Counted from the first letter of the stretch, positions 1 to 9,957 are shown. The stretch is 40,394 nt of DNA from an uncultured Hyphomicrobiales bacterium (GCA_964589125.1 CAZPSM010000003.1:1-40394), one strand, 5' to 3'. Numbers and translations: made by a program. The notes: generated by a model not told the origin, from the sequence alone.

Positions 1-2
1 AT

Positions 3-3000
3 GAAAATGGAAACTTGAGGTATCCATTCATTGCATCTATGCAAGATGAATATCGACCAGATAAGTATGGAAATTACTATCATCCAATAGGCTATCCATT
101 GTTCCTCGAAGCACAAGCAAATTACGAAGGTTTAGCAGAACGTTCGAACCACGACCCAAGGCTACTTAATGAAACAGTATTCTTTGTTATCAATGAATCA
201 ACTGGAGATTATATCCGAGTTGCCTTGAAACAAGTTGATGAAAATGCTCCATACCGGGAGATTTTCCGAGCCCGCGTCGATTTGGTTCCCGACTCTACCA
301 ACCGAAATCCTTTCACGGTTCTTAGAAGAACAGAAGAAGGATTGTATAATCTTGGAACGGGTGCTTATTTATTACAACAGCTACGGTGGAATGCAGAGAA
401 AGAAGACCGTGGTTCGCTTCCCGGAAGACGATATAATGCATCTACGACTTCATTCGGTCGAGTTCCAAACCTCTTCTCGAATCGTCCGGGTATGCCACCT
501 TCGAACTCTGGAAACCAGACCTTCTATGCTGGTGAACGTTATCGTTCGCTTCCAGTCGATACTGGCGATGTAGTTCGTATCGTTTCGCGAACGGTTCTGT
601 GGAAAGAGGGGCCTGTTTCTGCTTACGATGGCGGTATTGCCTTCAAAATTGTCGGTTCAACGGAACCACCTGTCTTTACTGGCAATATTGTCAAGTTGCA
701 AACGGATACGGTAGTGAAAATAGTTCCTTCCGAGTTCCCGAGTCGTGCAGGTAAAGCAGATACGCTGAAATTAGTTGAGTTCTTGCATACTGTATTCTTA
801 ACCGAAGATAGAGAATATCCTGCATATCCTGGAACTTATACTGGATTGTTACCGGAAGAAGGACAAGGACGCGATAGTATTTTGTCCGTTACTGCAATGG
901 ATACGAACAAATACTTTGACCCACGCTCTTTCTTACTTCCAAATGAATATAGCCGTTTAACATATCATTGGAGCGTTGACCCATATTCTGCTGTTGCTCG
1001 ATGGCTATTGGTCGATACAATCCCAGCGGGTGACCAAACGGTAATCAATCCAAAAGATAATGCACTTGGCTACTTAGTATTTCGCGGACGCCCGATTAAC
1101 CCATACGTTGTTCCCGGTGGTGAATTGGTTACAGTTCGAGCGGAAAACTACCCGCCAACAGCAAGAACAATCGATTCGCTCAAAGCAATTGGAGCGCCGC
1201 AAGATACAATAGATAAGTTTATTTACACGTTTGCACCATACTTAAATGCGTACAAGTATGATGTCGAAAATGCTCGCTTTTTACAGCAGGATACCATTTT
1301 GAATGGAGGTCGCTATTACACCGAATATTCGTTCAAGATATTCGTTGTCGATAGTGTGCCTCGCTTTATGGATTGGGTATCGACACCCGAAGAGGCGGAA
1401 AATCAAGCCGAAACAATATACAAGAGAATCGATAGAGCCGGTACAAATGTTGTTCCTTACGTTATCTATAAACCATCGGTTTATACTTGTGGAATGACAA
1501 GCGATGGTAAACTGAAAGCAAACTTGACAAACAAGTTGCGATTCCAGGTTGACTTCAATACAGACGACGAGTTAGAAGACCAAGCTGCTGTCACTCTTAA
1601 TCCAAAAGGTTGGGACTTCCGATTTGGAAAGACTGCTTATGGGTTTATGAATATTGCTATCCGAAATCGTGATTGGTGGAACTCTCCGGGCGATACCACT
1701 GTTATCGATACTACAACTTACGACAAAGATTTTGATGGACAAAAAGACGAACCTGTTATTACTCAAACTCGACCTGCTTGGATGGGTAACCAATTCTTGA
1801 TGAAGTATAGAAGCGAAACAGATACAGACCCATTCGGTGTTGACCTAACAAGTAAAGGTCAAATCAATATTCGAATTGATTCTTCCGTTGCATGGAATAT
1901 GCTTAAACCAAGCGCACAAATCCGATATAATCAATCGTTGAATACCGATACCATGTTTACTATAATTGTTAACGATGGACATGGCGGTATCAACTTTATG
2001 CAGATGCCGGTGTTTGTGAACGTTGCCCCGATTATTATTACGAGCTCGTTACCACCTGCAAAAGAAGATATTGATTACAATCCACAATTGATTGATTCGA
2101 GTAGAGCAATCAAAGTTTACGACCCGAATTTTGGTCAAGACCACTGGTTCGAACTTATTTATCCGAATTATCCTGATGACCAAATTCTACGCGACCCATG
2201 CTTCCCCGAAGCAGGAGCATTTGACCTTACTGGATTGAAAACGACACCAGAATGGCTTAAGATTAATGCAGTCAGCGGCTTGCTTTACGGTAAGCCCGGC
2301 ATTAAGGATGCCCCGAGAACAGAACAAGTTGTTGTTGCTGTGTGGGATATGGTCGATGGTGAAAAGCAGCTTTCGGCAATAAAGATCTTGACTCTGTTCG
2401 TTGATTCGACGAATCATAGACCAAGACTTACGTCTGCGCCGAAAGTTATTTGTGTTGACCGCGGTAAACCTTATAGCGATACATTGCTTGTTTGGGATTA
2501 CGATTTGAAGCGCGGTAGGCAACCAGGCGACCCGACCGAAGAACTTACCTTGCGAGTCATTTCGCCCCCGGGCTTTATACTTGAGCCGTCGGTTATTCGA
2601 GGAATTTTAGCGAACGACACAGTAAAGGTCATAATTAAAACGAATAGCTTTGATGCACCAACCGACCCAGATGGGAAGGTTACTATTCGAGTTGAAGTCG
2701 CCGATGCGAGCGGTGCACGCGATACATTGGTATATCGTTTGAAGATTTCCGATCCAACCGATTTCGTATGTAATTTGCTTGTTGAAAATACTTTCCCGGG
2801 CAATACGCCAGGTTCGAAGACGAGTGCTTGGCAAGAACTCCAGTTTGGGACAGCTCCAAGAGATGCAACAACGGGAGATGGTTTGGATGGAGAACCAGTT
2901 GGAACGCTCGACGAGAAATTCTGTGAGTATGAGTTGCCATCTATTCCTCCGGCTGATATATTCGATGCTCGATGGACGATTCCATTAACTAATGGAACTA

Positions 3001-3638
3001 CACGCAATATCTTCCCGAGAGCCAAGAATACACCCGATTTCCGAGTTTACAAAGGGCGCTTCCAAGCCGGCGGTGAAGTTGGGAATACTTCGACCTACTA
3101 TCCAGTGGTAATCTCCTGGCGAAAAGATGAAATTCCCGATAAGACCGATGCTACACGTAATCCGACTGGTGCCCAGTGGTTTATCCGAGATGATAAATCG
3201 AATGGGAATGTGTTCAACTACAATATGAAGACCGGCGAAGGCTACCCATTGGATGGCGATATAAAACTTATCGACGATGGTTCATACTGGCGCATCCAGA
3301 TTAACCGAAGCAATGTCGAAGGTTTTCTTATCGTTCACGACTGGGTGAGCAGTGCTGAGCCTGTTCCCGGATTAGTTATGGGTATTAGCCAAGTTAACCC
3401 GAACCCAGTAACGACAACAGCCACGATTACGTTTGGTCTTTCCGAATCGGGCAACATCCGAATTGAAGTAGTCGATGCACTTGGTAATGTTGTTGCTACG
3501 GTTGCAAGTGGATTCTTCAACGAAGGACTGAACAGTGTAGTCTGGGACGTTGAGCGCTCAATTTCCAGCGGAGTTTACTTCTTGCGATTAACTACTGGTT
3601 CGAATACATATAGTTATCCAGTAAATGTTGTGAAATAA
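3..3638 (+). CDS. Large secreted surface/adhesin-like protein, 5'-truncated by the window edge. Carries putative-Ig (He_PIG-like) repeats and a T9SS C-terminal sorting domain.
   Basis: The reading frame is open from nt 3, with no in-frame stop upstream of the TTG at 15 used by the ORF track. The visible N-terminus has no signal peptide, so the true start should lie upstream of the window. TPEWLKINAVSGLLYGKPG matches the P-x-WL-x-I-N-x-x-S/T-G-x-L-x-G-x-P signature of putative-Ig domains. The last ~80 aa (NPNPVTTTATITF...GNIRIEVVDALGNVV...SGVYFLRLTTGSNTYSYPVNVVK) look like a TIGR04183-type Por/T9SS CTD. It also carries the FG..AT.G.D..GE..LP..PP..FDARW module at nt 2836-2985. Confidence 0.85.
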   Translation, partial: ENGNLRYPFIASMQDEYRPDKYGNYYHPIGYPLFLEAQANYEGLAERSNHDPRLLNETVFFVINESTGDYIRVALKQVDENAPYREIFRARVDLVPDSTNRNPFTVLRRTEEGLYNLGTGAYLLQQLRWNAEKEDRGSLPGRRYNASTTSFGRVPNLFSNRPGMPPSNSGNQTFYAGERYRSLPVDTGDVVRIVSRTVLWKEGPVSAYDGGIAFKIVGSTEPPVFTGNIVKLQTDTVVKIVPSEFPSRAGKADTLKLVEFLHTVFLTEDREYPAYPGTYTGLLPEEGQGRDSILSVTAMDTNKYFDPRSFLLPNEYSRLTYHWSVDPYSAVARWLLVDTIPAGDQTVINPKDNALGYLVFRGRPINPYVVPGGELVTVRAENYPPTARTIDSLKAIGAPQDTIDKFIYTFAPYLNAYKYDVENARFLQQDTILNGGRYYTEYSFKIFVVDSVPRFMDWVSTPEEAENQAETIYKRIDRAGTNVVPYVIYKPSVYTCGMTSDGKLKANLTNKLRFQVDFNTDDELEDQAAVTLNPKGWDFRFGKTAYGFMNIAIRNRDWWNSPGDTTVIDTTTYDKDFDGQKDEPVITQTRPAWMGNQFLMKYRSETDTDPFGVDLTSKGQINIRIDSSVAWNMLKPSAQIRYNQSLNTDTMFTIIVNDGHGGINFMQMPVFVNVAPIIITSSLPPAKEDIDYNPQLIDSSRAIKVYDPNFGQDHWFELIYPNYPDDQILRDPCFPEAGAFDLTGLKTTPEWLKINAVSGLLYGKPGIKDAPRTEQVVVAVWDMVDGEKQLSAIKILTLFVDSTNHRPRLTSAPKVICVDRGKPYSDTLLVWDYDLKRGRQPGDPTEELTLRVISPPGFILEPSVIRGILANDTVKVIIKTNSFDAPTDPDGKVTIRVEVADASGARDTLVYRLKISDPTDFVCNLLVENTFPGNTPGSKTSAWQELQFGTAPRDATTGDGLDGEPVGTLDEKFCEYELPSIPPADIFDARWTIPLTNGTTRNIFPRAKNTPDFRVYKGRFQAGGEVGNTSTYYPVVISWRKDEIPDKTDATRNPTGAQWFIRDDKSNGNVFNYNMKTGEGYPLDGDIKLIDDGSYWRIQINRSNVEGFLIVHDWVSSAEPVPGLVMGISQVNPNPVTTTATITFGLSESGNIRIEVVDALGNVVATVASGFFNEGLNSVVWDVERSISSGVYFLRLTTGSNTYSYPVNVVK

Positions 3639-3646
3639 TAAGATAG

Positions 3647-3673
3647 CGGACTCGCCCCCTTGGGGCGGGTCCG
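3647..3673 (+). terminator. GC-rich hairpin 9 nt after the stop codon; a possible intrinsic terminator or mRNA-stabilising stem that lacks a U-tract.
   Basis: cggactcgcccc (3647-3658) pairs with ggggcgggtccg (3662-3673). That is 12 bp including one U-G wobble, with a 3-nt loop. It is followed by attgatgaaaaa, not a T-run. Confidence 0.45.
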
Positions 3674-3723
3674 ATTGATGAAAAATGGAAAGAAATTGTT
3701 ATATAATATATTAGGAGTAGAAA

Positions 3724-5589
3724 ATGAAAAAAATCTTCGAACTAACAGTAGGGATAGCAGCAATAGTAATTTTAGTGTTGTCCTTACAGAGCACAGCGAA
3801 AGCTCAAGTGTACGGGGATTTCGACACAATTCGAATCGTTGAAGCTAATTTCCAAATGCTCGACGATGGTATCGAGATTCCATCTATAGCATTTGGTTTA
3901 CCGCCAACATGGCTCCAAGACCTCGACGATGGCTATTCATATCCAAATGGGATTGATATTGGTTTCCCATTTGAATTCGGAGGAGAGGTTTTTACTCGTT
4001 TGTGGGTATGTGTGAATGGTTTTGTAACGTTTTCACCACCGCCACAAACACCTGCGAAAGACCCCACAGCCTTATTCAGCGACAACTCTTCTTATCCAAG
4101 GAATGTTTTGGCACCTTTCTGGGGTGACCATGTGTATCGATTGGATGTCGAACGGTACAACGGATACAAACCAACGAAAGTCTATTACAAATCCGACCCC
4201 GACAATGGTGTGTTCATTGTTGAATGGCGCTACTTGAATATTAACGACGCGAGCATTAAGTCAAGCATTGCCACATTCCAACTTCGGTTGTACAAATCGC
4301 AAGACCCTTATAGTGCCCAAGGTAATATCGAATTTGCATATGGGCAAATTGGAGGGAATGAATACACCAACGATACAAGAGTAATTACAAGAAATGCTTC
4401 GGTTGGCATAAAAGGTGAATTCTCTCCTGCTGATTTCTTGAACGGGCTTGAATATGGCAAAAGCACACAGATTGCCCGAACTAGCACAAGATTGACAAAC
4501 GAATGGACTCCTTCGGGTGGGACAAACTATCGAATACTCTTCACAGCCTTTGCTCGGTATAATGTCGAGGAATTTTGGGGAGATGGCGACGTTGACATAT
4601 CGAAGGGCTACCTTCGAAAGCATTATAATATGCCACAGAGCCGATATGTTACGGTCAACGACGCTAGATTAATTATGAAGAGTATTGCAACTAATGTTCC
4701 TTTGGATAGTATCCGCCGTCGAGCTGCCTATCACGGGGATGTTAATCACAACGGACGTTACTATTACGACCAATATGGGGTACGCAAAGAAGTTAAATGG
4801 AGAACTAAATATTATGGCGATAGTTTGCCAGCGGAAGTGGGTTCATTGAAGCAAATCTTTTATCAAGTAACTGCGTATGACGCAGCATTAATTCTACACT
4901 ATATTTCTGGTAGGCTTCCACAATTACCTTGGCTATACGACACAATACCGCAATACGGCAAGATTGGAGCAGTCGAAGTAGCCGATAATATCCAATTTGG
5001 TAAACCCGAATTGGTCAATGGAAGCTTCAAAGTCCCAGTTTATTTAAATGGCGATGTAAATGGTCCCGTATCGATAGTTATGGATTTGAACAATGAAGTC
5101 AGCGTCTCGGGCGTGAATGATGAGTTAGAATGGACAGCGTTTAAGAACCGTGTTGTAGTTGTAGGAAGTGGCAAGTTTTCAACAGAATCTCCGTTGTTCT
5201 ATCTTGAAGTTGGTAAGAACAATCCGGTTTTAGTTGCCGAAAAAGTTGTTTTCAACGATGAAGAAAAGAATAAGTCTGCCGTTATTCTTTCGGTCGTAGA
5301 TGCTTCGGGCGTTTATGCGATTAGTTTGAGCCAGAACCCCGTTGTAAATGAAAATGCAAGAATTAATTTGACGATTGGCGGTGCAGGCAGTTATGTTGTT
5401 GAAATATTCGATGCCACCGGCAATGTTGTCAAGCGTTTTGAATCTATTTCGAGCGAAAACGCTAACGAACTTTCGTTGAATTGGAATTTAACTGATAATA
5501 ATGGAAATATTTTGCCGAATGGAGTATATTTTGTTAGAATGAGTGGCAATAGCACGAGTGTTGTGGAAAAACTTATTATCAGTAGGTAA
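3724..5589 (+). CDS. Secreted T9SS cargo protein (621 aa) with an N-terminal NIDO-like region, a dockerin-like pair, and a T9SS CTD.
   Basis: The ATG follows AGGAG (3713-3717). The signal peptide is MKKIFELTVGIAAIVILVLSLQSTAKAQ. FPFEFGGEVFTRLWVCVNGFVTF...VLAPFWGD resembles the nidogen-like (NIDO) pattern. GDGDVDISKG...VTVNDARLIMKSIA and GDVNHNGRYYYD...VTAYDAALILHYISG are dockerin-like loop-helix units. The C-terminus YVVEIFDATGNVVKRF...LPNGVYFVRMSGNSTSVVEKLIISR is a T9SS CTD. Confidence 0.85.
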   Translation: MKKIFELTVGIAAIVILVLSLQSTAKAQVYGDFDTIRIVEANFQMLDDGIEIPSIAFGLPPTWLQDLDDGYSYPNGIDIGFPFEFGGEVFTRLWVCVNGFVTFSPPPQTPAKDPTALFSDNSSYPRNVLAPFWGDHVYRLDVERYNGYKPTKVYYKSDPDNGVFIVEWRYLNINDASIKSSIATFQLRLYKSQDPYSAQGNIEFAYGQIGGNEYTNDTRVITRNASVGIKGEFSPADFLNGLEYGKSTQIARTSTRLTNEWTPSGGTNYRILFTAFARYNVEEFWGDGDVDISKGYLRKHYNMPQSRYVTVNDARLIMKSIATNVPLDSIRRRAAYHGDVNHNGRYYYDQYGVRKEVKWRTKYYGDSLPAEVGSLKQIFYQVTAYDAALILHYISGRLPQLPWLYDTIPQYGKIGAVEVADNIQFGKPELVNGSFKVPVYLNGDVNGPVSIVMDLNNEVSVSGVNDELEWTAFKNRVVVVGSGKFSTESPLFYLEVGKNNPVLVAEKVVFNDEEKNKSAVILSVVDASGVYAISLSQNPVVNENARINLTIGGAGSYVVEIFDATGNVVKRFESISSENANELSLNWNLTDNNGNILPNGVYFVRMSGNSTSVVEKLIISR

Positions 5590-6706
5590 GATTGCGTTCC
5601 TTGCCTGGCTAACGTTTGCTGTTAGCCAGGCGGGGCTTTCGCAACGCAAAATTGATTGTGCTCTTTCAATATATGGTTCTTTGAAAATTGATGTGTGCGG
5701 GAACGAAAATCAAAAGGAATTTGTTCTCGTAATGGATATAGGAAAAGTTAATCCGGAGGATTCACTTTTTGGATTCAATTTCGAGATTAATTATGAGCCA
5801 GAAAAAGTTACTATTACGGACCCATTGTATATTAATACTTTAAGTGAGTATTTGAGTGATAAACAGGTTATAGTTGATTCTAAGAATGGAAAAGTTAGGG
5901 GTTATGCGGTTACTATGGGGTTCACCCCGGTTTATGGGCAAAAGCCGCTGATTGCTTTCTTTGGAAAATGGCTACTACCTTGTCCCGATAGTGCCAGTTT
6001 TAGTGTTTCATACGTTGAGTTTACAGATGAATTTAAAGGTATTGTCGAAAATTATAAACCAGCAATCCTATATGGCGAAGTTGCCTCGAAGCCGGAAAGG
6101 ATTTTTACCACACAGTTTGCTGTTGATTCAATTGTAAATGAACTAAATTTTTCATTCGATATTAATATTAAAATACCTGCTAATTCGCGATTGAAAAATT
6201 TTGAACTAGATTTAAGGAGAAACGACGGAAATATTACTCTCGATTCGGTGTATTCTGTAACTAATGGAGTCGAGGTTCTGTTGTTAGAAACAACTGAAAA
6301 TGGTTACAAAATACACTGCAATGTAATAAATGATAATGGGAGTGATCAAGTGTTGAAGGTATTTGGGAAAATTGATGAAACGGATGTGTTGGATACTTTG
6401 TATGTTGAACCGGTATTCGATGAAGAGTGCAAATGTATTACGGGAAGTTCAACAGACGAAGTATTAATTAAATATACAAAAATTGGATACGTTTTTGAGA
6501 ACAAGGACAAAAATGAAAATATTAATATAGATGATGTTGTTGCAGTTTACTTAATAGATTTAATAGGAAAGATTACAAAATTGGAAAGGGATGTTCTGCA
6601 AAATATGGAGAACTTATTAAACGAGGAACCAAATGGTATTTATTTTGTGGTCATCGAGACAAATAACAAAGTATATTATAGGAAAATGATAAAAATTAAT
6701 TATTAA
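5543..6706 (+). CDS. Secreted protein with a cohesin-like module and a T9SS CTD-like C-terminus. The start codon is uncertain (GTG 5543, GTG 5558 or TTG 5561).
   Basis: The long ORF overlaps the 3' end of the upstream gene by 29-47 nt depending on the start chosen. KIAFLAWLTFAVSQAGLSQ looks like a signal peptide. FVLVMDIGKVNPEDSLFGFNFEINYEPEKVTITDP resembles the first strands of cohesin domains. The C-terminal VAVYLIDLIGKI...EPNGIYFVVIETNNKVYYRKMIKINY is CTD-like. No obvious SD is present. Confidence 0.7.
   Translation: MAIARVLWKNLLSVGKIAFLAWLTFAVSQAGLSQRKIDCALSIYGSLKIDVCGNENQKEFVLVMDIGKVNPEDSLFGFNFEINYEPEKVTITDPLYINTLSEYLSDKQVIVDSKNGKVRGYAVTMGFTPVYGQKPLIAFFGKWLLPCPDSASFSVSYVEFTDEFKGIVENYKPAILYGEVASKPERIFTTQFAVDSIVNELNFSFDINIKIPANSRLKNFELDLRRNDGNITLDSVYSVTNGVEVLLLETTENGYKIHCNVINDNGSDQVLKVFGKIDETDVLDTLYVEPVFDEECKCITGSSTDEVLIKYTKIGYVFENKDKNENINIDDVVAVYLIDLIGKITKLERDVLQNMENLLNEEPNGIYFVVIETNNKVYYRKMIKINY
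5604..5630 (+). other. Perfect 10-bp stem, 7-nt loop hairpin located 15 nt after the stop of the 621-aa gene and inside the predicted signal-peptide codons of the next gene.
   Basis: cctggctaac (5604-5613), loop gtttgct, gttagccagg (5621-5630). The two arms are exact reverse complements. No T-run follows. Confidence 0.5.
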
Positions 6707-6729
6707 TCGTTCACAATTTAGGAGGTTTT

Positions 6730-9700
6730 ATGTTTAACCAAACGTTTTACAAAGGATTTTCGAAACTTCTATTAGGGCTTTTGGTAGCTCTAATGGGAGT
6801 TGGTTTCGCTGTACAAGATTCTCTTGCAGTAGAGGTGCCTACCATTCCTCGGCTGTCGCTTATGGGTGCCGATGATGGGTGGGATGCCAGTTGGTATCCC
6901 GATGGCCGTATTTGGATTCCACCATCGACAGACCCCAACCAGGCTCGCGAGTTCTTAGTTCCTGTTTTCATTGAGAACGGGTGGTACACTCGTGAAGAAA
7001 CAAAAGATGCTTTCCCCGCAGACCCAATTAAGAGTTTTCAATTCAAAGTGTTGTATGACTCTTCTGCAATACGTGCGGTTGGTGTTCAAACATTTGGGCG
7101 TCGTGAACTGAATTATTTTGCCGACGATAAGTATAAGTATCATACCCTTGCAAAGGACTTTAATATTGAATGGATGGACGATAGAGATACTAGTTATCGA
7201 AAATTTCTTAATCCATTGACGCCCTACCAAGATTACACGAAGGGTAGAAGTGTTCGTATCGTTGGGACTTCGACCCAGGCGCTACCACCGACTGAAACAT
7301 TTCAAGTTCTTTTGTATATTCGATTTATGCTGGTTCCAAAGGCAGGTCAACCTATCGGTACGGCAAGTAATACCCCGCTTATTATTGGAACAGATACAAT
7401 CAAATATAATGATTTAAATATTCGGTTAGAAGCACCTTTTAAAAAGTATCGTCCTCTCTGGAAGGGTTATCTTGTTCAACAATTGTTTCCCGACCCATCA
7501 ATCTTTACTGGTTTAGCAGGTGTGGACAATAGTCCTAATCCGAACTGGAATGACAACCCACATTATCCCGGTGTGATTTATTTACGTATTAGTGACAATG
7601 TTCCACGTTTCGACTTCTTACTCGAGCGAGGTATTGGTTTGCAACCAGCTATTCGACAGATTGACAACGAAGGTGCCCTTTGGGAGATGCGCGACCCAAT
7701 TACGGTGGATTCGGGGGCTCCGTTCGGGACATTCTATGGGAAGAGGACGTTCCGCCTTCTAAATCCTGTTCCTTTCACACGTTTGCTCGATGTTGAAATC
7801 GAAACCGACCAACCTTGGCTACAATTTAGGACTGTTCCCGGTCCAATTTTCAAAGGGAGTTGTATTGCGCCAACGCGGAGTTGCTATATCGATTACATTG
7901 ACAATGGCATTCTTGGCAACGATGCCCTTGGTACCCCTAAGTGGGGAGTAACTACGACATTGGACCGAGAAGTTCAAATCGAGGTTCGATGCAATCCACT
8001 TGAGATTGGCGACGTTGGAGAAGAAAAAACCGGTATATATGTTGGCTATATAACCTTTAAATCGCATACTGCCGAGATTAACCCTGTACGGTTGAAAATC
8101 ACGTTTATCTATTTTCGCAATCCAATCGAGTGGTATAATACTACCCGACCCGGTGGTATTAACATTTCGTTGGTGCCTAAAGGAGGTTTTGGAACACCGG
8201 TTAAACTAATTTTTGGAACTGGGAAAAGAGCTACAATCGGTGTTGATACATTATATGGCGAGCATAAGGCAGACGACCCAATGCCCGAAGGGCAATTCGG
8301 AGCGAGATTTTTCCCGCCACCCAACGCTCCTCAAATAGTTAGAGATACTATTCAATATGGGTTTGGGAACTTTTCTCCCGATGATGATGACAACGATGGG
8401 ACACCTAAATATTGTGTTTCACGCGATATTCGAAATGCTGATGATACTTTGCAATCTCATGTTTTCCTTGTCCGTATGCGTGTTGATTCCGCTCAATTTT
8501 ATCCGATTGTTATTTATTGGGATACAGAGGACTTTCCACCAGGTGGAAATCTCTTCTTGCGTGATACTGCCAATGGGCAACTATTCCCCGCGGTGAATAT
8601 GCGACGTGCTACATACTTGGGTGGCACAAGATTTTCTTACACAATTACCGACCCCCGAGTTACTTCGTTTATTATCGAGTATACTCCTGCGAGAGTTATT
8701 AATTATGTTGATGAATACGGTAACCCAATCATAAAGAAAGGTTGGAACTTGCTATCACTGCCAGTTCGGCCCATCAATAATCAATGGAATGTGTTCTATC
8801 CAAATGCAATTAATAAGCCATTCTTCTGGTCGCAAAACCAATACCAATTCGATGAATTACTGCGGGTTGGGGTCGGTTACTTTATCAAATATAGCGATAC
8901 TATCGATACGAAATTCGCTGGTTCATTTATCAGTGAGATTTCGGTTACCGGAACGGGCGATACCGTTAAGCTATATCCCGGATGGAATACCATTGGTTGT
9001 GTAACCACACCTCTTTCGGTTGGCCAAATTACATTTACACCGTTCGGGCTCGAAGTTCCTAACCCAGTGTATGTCCGACAGCACGGCATCTGGGGATACA
9101 AGACAAATCGAGGTTACGAGGAAATTTCTGAACTTCGACCGGGACTTGGTTACTGGATTAAGGTAAATGCCCACGGCTACTTGCGTCTTGTGGGGCGGGA
9201 AAAATCGATTGGTTTCGATGAACCTTCGACAAAAGAACTTGCAATCGAACAGAGTGTGAAAATTAACATAACTGACAATGCTCAGCACGAGAAGACTCTA
9301 TATCTTGCTCCAGAGAAAGGGTTTGATGTAACTCAATTCGAGTTACCTCCACTTCCATTCGTCGATATGTTCGACATACGATTTGCCAATAACTGCTTGA
9401 TGGAGGATTCACACAATCCGGTATTCAAATTGCAAGGTATAGAATATCCATTATCAATTTCTATCGATAACCCAAGAGATGAATACACCTTCGTTGATGC
9501 AATTACAGGTGAACTGCTTGGGAAAATCGACAAGACCAATAATTCAATTATTGTCAATAAGTCGAGCAGTGCAGTTCGTATCCTCGTTTCTAAGACATCA
9601 GTAAGCGAAAATATGTTAAATATTTATCCTAACCCAGTTAGTGGAACTTCCACTCTTGCCTATACTTCGACGCAAGATGGGAATGTTCGTATCGTTCTCT

Positions 9701-9867
9701 TCGATGTTCTTGGAAATGAGATTAAAACGTTGGTAGATGGTTTTGCCAAAGCAGGCCAAGAAAATCTTGTAACAATCAATGCTTATGAATTTGCCAGTGG
9801 GCAATATCTATGCAAGATGTTCGTAAATGGCGAAACTATCGTTCGATACGTGAATATTGTGAAGTAG
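6730..9867 (+). CDS. Large secreted T9SS cargo protein (1045 aa) with a cohesin-like N-terminal module.
   Basis: A strong SD (aggagg, 6721-6726) sits 3 nt (6727-6729) before the ATG. The signal peptide is KLLLGLLVALMGVGFAVQDSLA. SFQFKVLYDSSAIRAVGVQ is cohesin-like. There are two copies of the FG..RAT.G.D..GE...P.P...F..RF module (nt 8203-8324 and 9295-9395). The C-terminal NIYPNPVSGTSTLAYTS..GNVRIVLFDVLGNEI...SGQYLCKMFVNGETIVRYVNIVK is a T9SS CTD. Confidence 0.9.
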   Translation: MFNQTFYKGFSKLLLGLLVALMGVGFAVQDSLAVEVPTIPRLSLMGADDGWDASWYPDGRIWIPPSTDPNQAREFLVPVFIENGWYTREETKDAFPADPIKSFQFKVLYDSSAIRAVGVQTFGRRELNYFADDKYKYHTLAKDFNIEWMDDRDTSYRKFLNPLTPYQDYTKGRSVRIVGTSTQALPPTETFQVLLYIRFMLVPKAGQPIGTASNTPLIIGTDTIKYNDLNIRLEAPFKKYRPLWKGYLVQQLFPDPSIFTGLAGVDNSPNPNWNDNPHYPGVIYLRISDNVPRFDFLLERGIGLQPAIRQIDNEGALWEMRDPITVDSGAPFGTFYGKRTFRLLNPVPFTRLLDVEIETDQPWLQFRTVPGPIFKGSCIAPTRSCYIDYIDNGILGNDALGTPKWGVTTTLDREVQIEVRCNPLEIGDVGEEKTGIYVGYITFKSHTAEINPVRLKITFIYFRNPIEWYNTTRPGGINISLVPKGGFGTPVKLIFGTGKRATIGVDTLYGEHKADDPMPEGQFGARFFPPPNAPQIVRDTIQYGFGNFSPDDDDNDGTPKYCVSRDIRNADDTLQSHVFLVRMRVDSAQFYPIVIYWDTEDFPPGGNLFLRDTANGQLFPAVNMRRATYLGGTRFSYTITDPRVTSFIIEYTPARVINYVDEYGNPIIKKGWNLLSLPVRPINNQWNVFYPNAINKPFFWSQNQYQFDELLRVGVGYFIKYSDTIDTKFAGSFISEISVTGTGDTVKLYPGWNTIGCVTTPLSVGQITFTPFGLEVPNPVYVRQHGIWGYKTNRGYEEISELRPGLGYWIKVNAHGYLRLVGREKSIGFDEPSTKELAIEQSVKINITDNAQHEKTLYLAPEKGFDVTQFELPPLPFVDMFDIRFANNCLMEDSHNPVFKLQGIEYPLSISIDNPRDEYTFVDAITGELLGKIDKTNNSIIVNKSSSAVRILVSKTSVSENMLNIYPNPVSGTSTLAYTSTQDGNVRIVLFDVLGNEIKTLVDGFAKAGQENLVTINAYEFASGQYLCKMFVNGETIVRYVNIVK

Positions 9868-9894
9868 AACCTTCACACATAAATTATGTTTATC

Positions 9895-9932
9895 AATGGG
9901 CAACATCTATGGGTGTTGCCCATTGTTGTTTG
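9895..9932 (+). terminator. Rho-independent terminator candidate after the 1045-aa gene.
   Basis: aatgggcaaca (9895-9905) and tgttgcccatt (9914-9924) form a perfect 11-bp stem with an 8-nt loop. It is followed by the T-rich gttgtttg. Confidence 0.6.
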
Positions 9933-9957
9933 AAATAAATTAAAGGATAGGTGCAAG

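Noticed and set aside
2187-3025. Minus-strand and out-of-frame ORFs nested in long + strand genes. Examples are 2498-3025, 14353-14670, 17360-17719, 20038-20415, 26799-27269, 29396-29734 and 35838-36185 on the minus strand, and 235-573 and 18205-18654 on the plus strand.
   Set aside because: All lie entirely within much longer ORFs that have clear domain signatures. Their translations are low-complexity or Arg/Ser/Cys-rich, as is typical of shadow frames. None has an SD or recognisable motifs.
3675-3707. A sigma-70-like promoter (TTGATG ... TATAAT) upstream of the 621-aa gene
   Set aside because: The TATAAT at 3702-3707 is real, but the best -35-like hexamer is 21 nt away, and the promoter consensus of this lineage is unknown. 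This is too weak to report as a feature.
3724-9867. A cellulosome or polysaccharide-degrading locus, suggested by the cohesin/dockerin-like modules
   Set aside because: No glycoside hydrolase, polysaccharide lyase, CBM, or SusC/SusD-like genes were recognised in the window. The modules are more likely general protein-protein interaction units.
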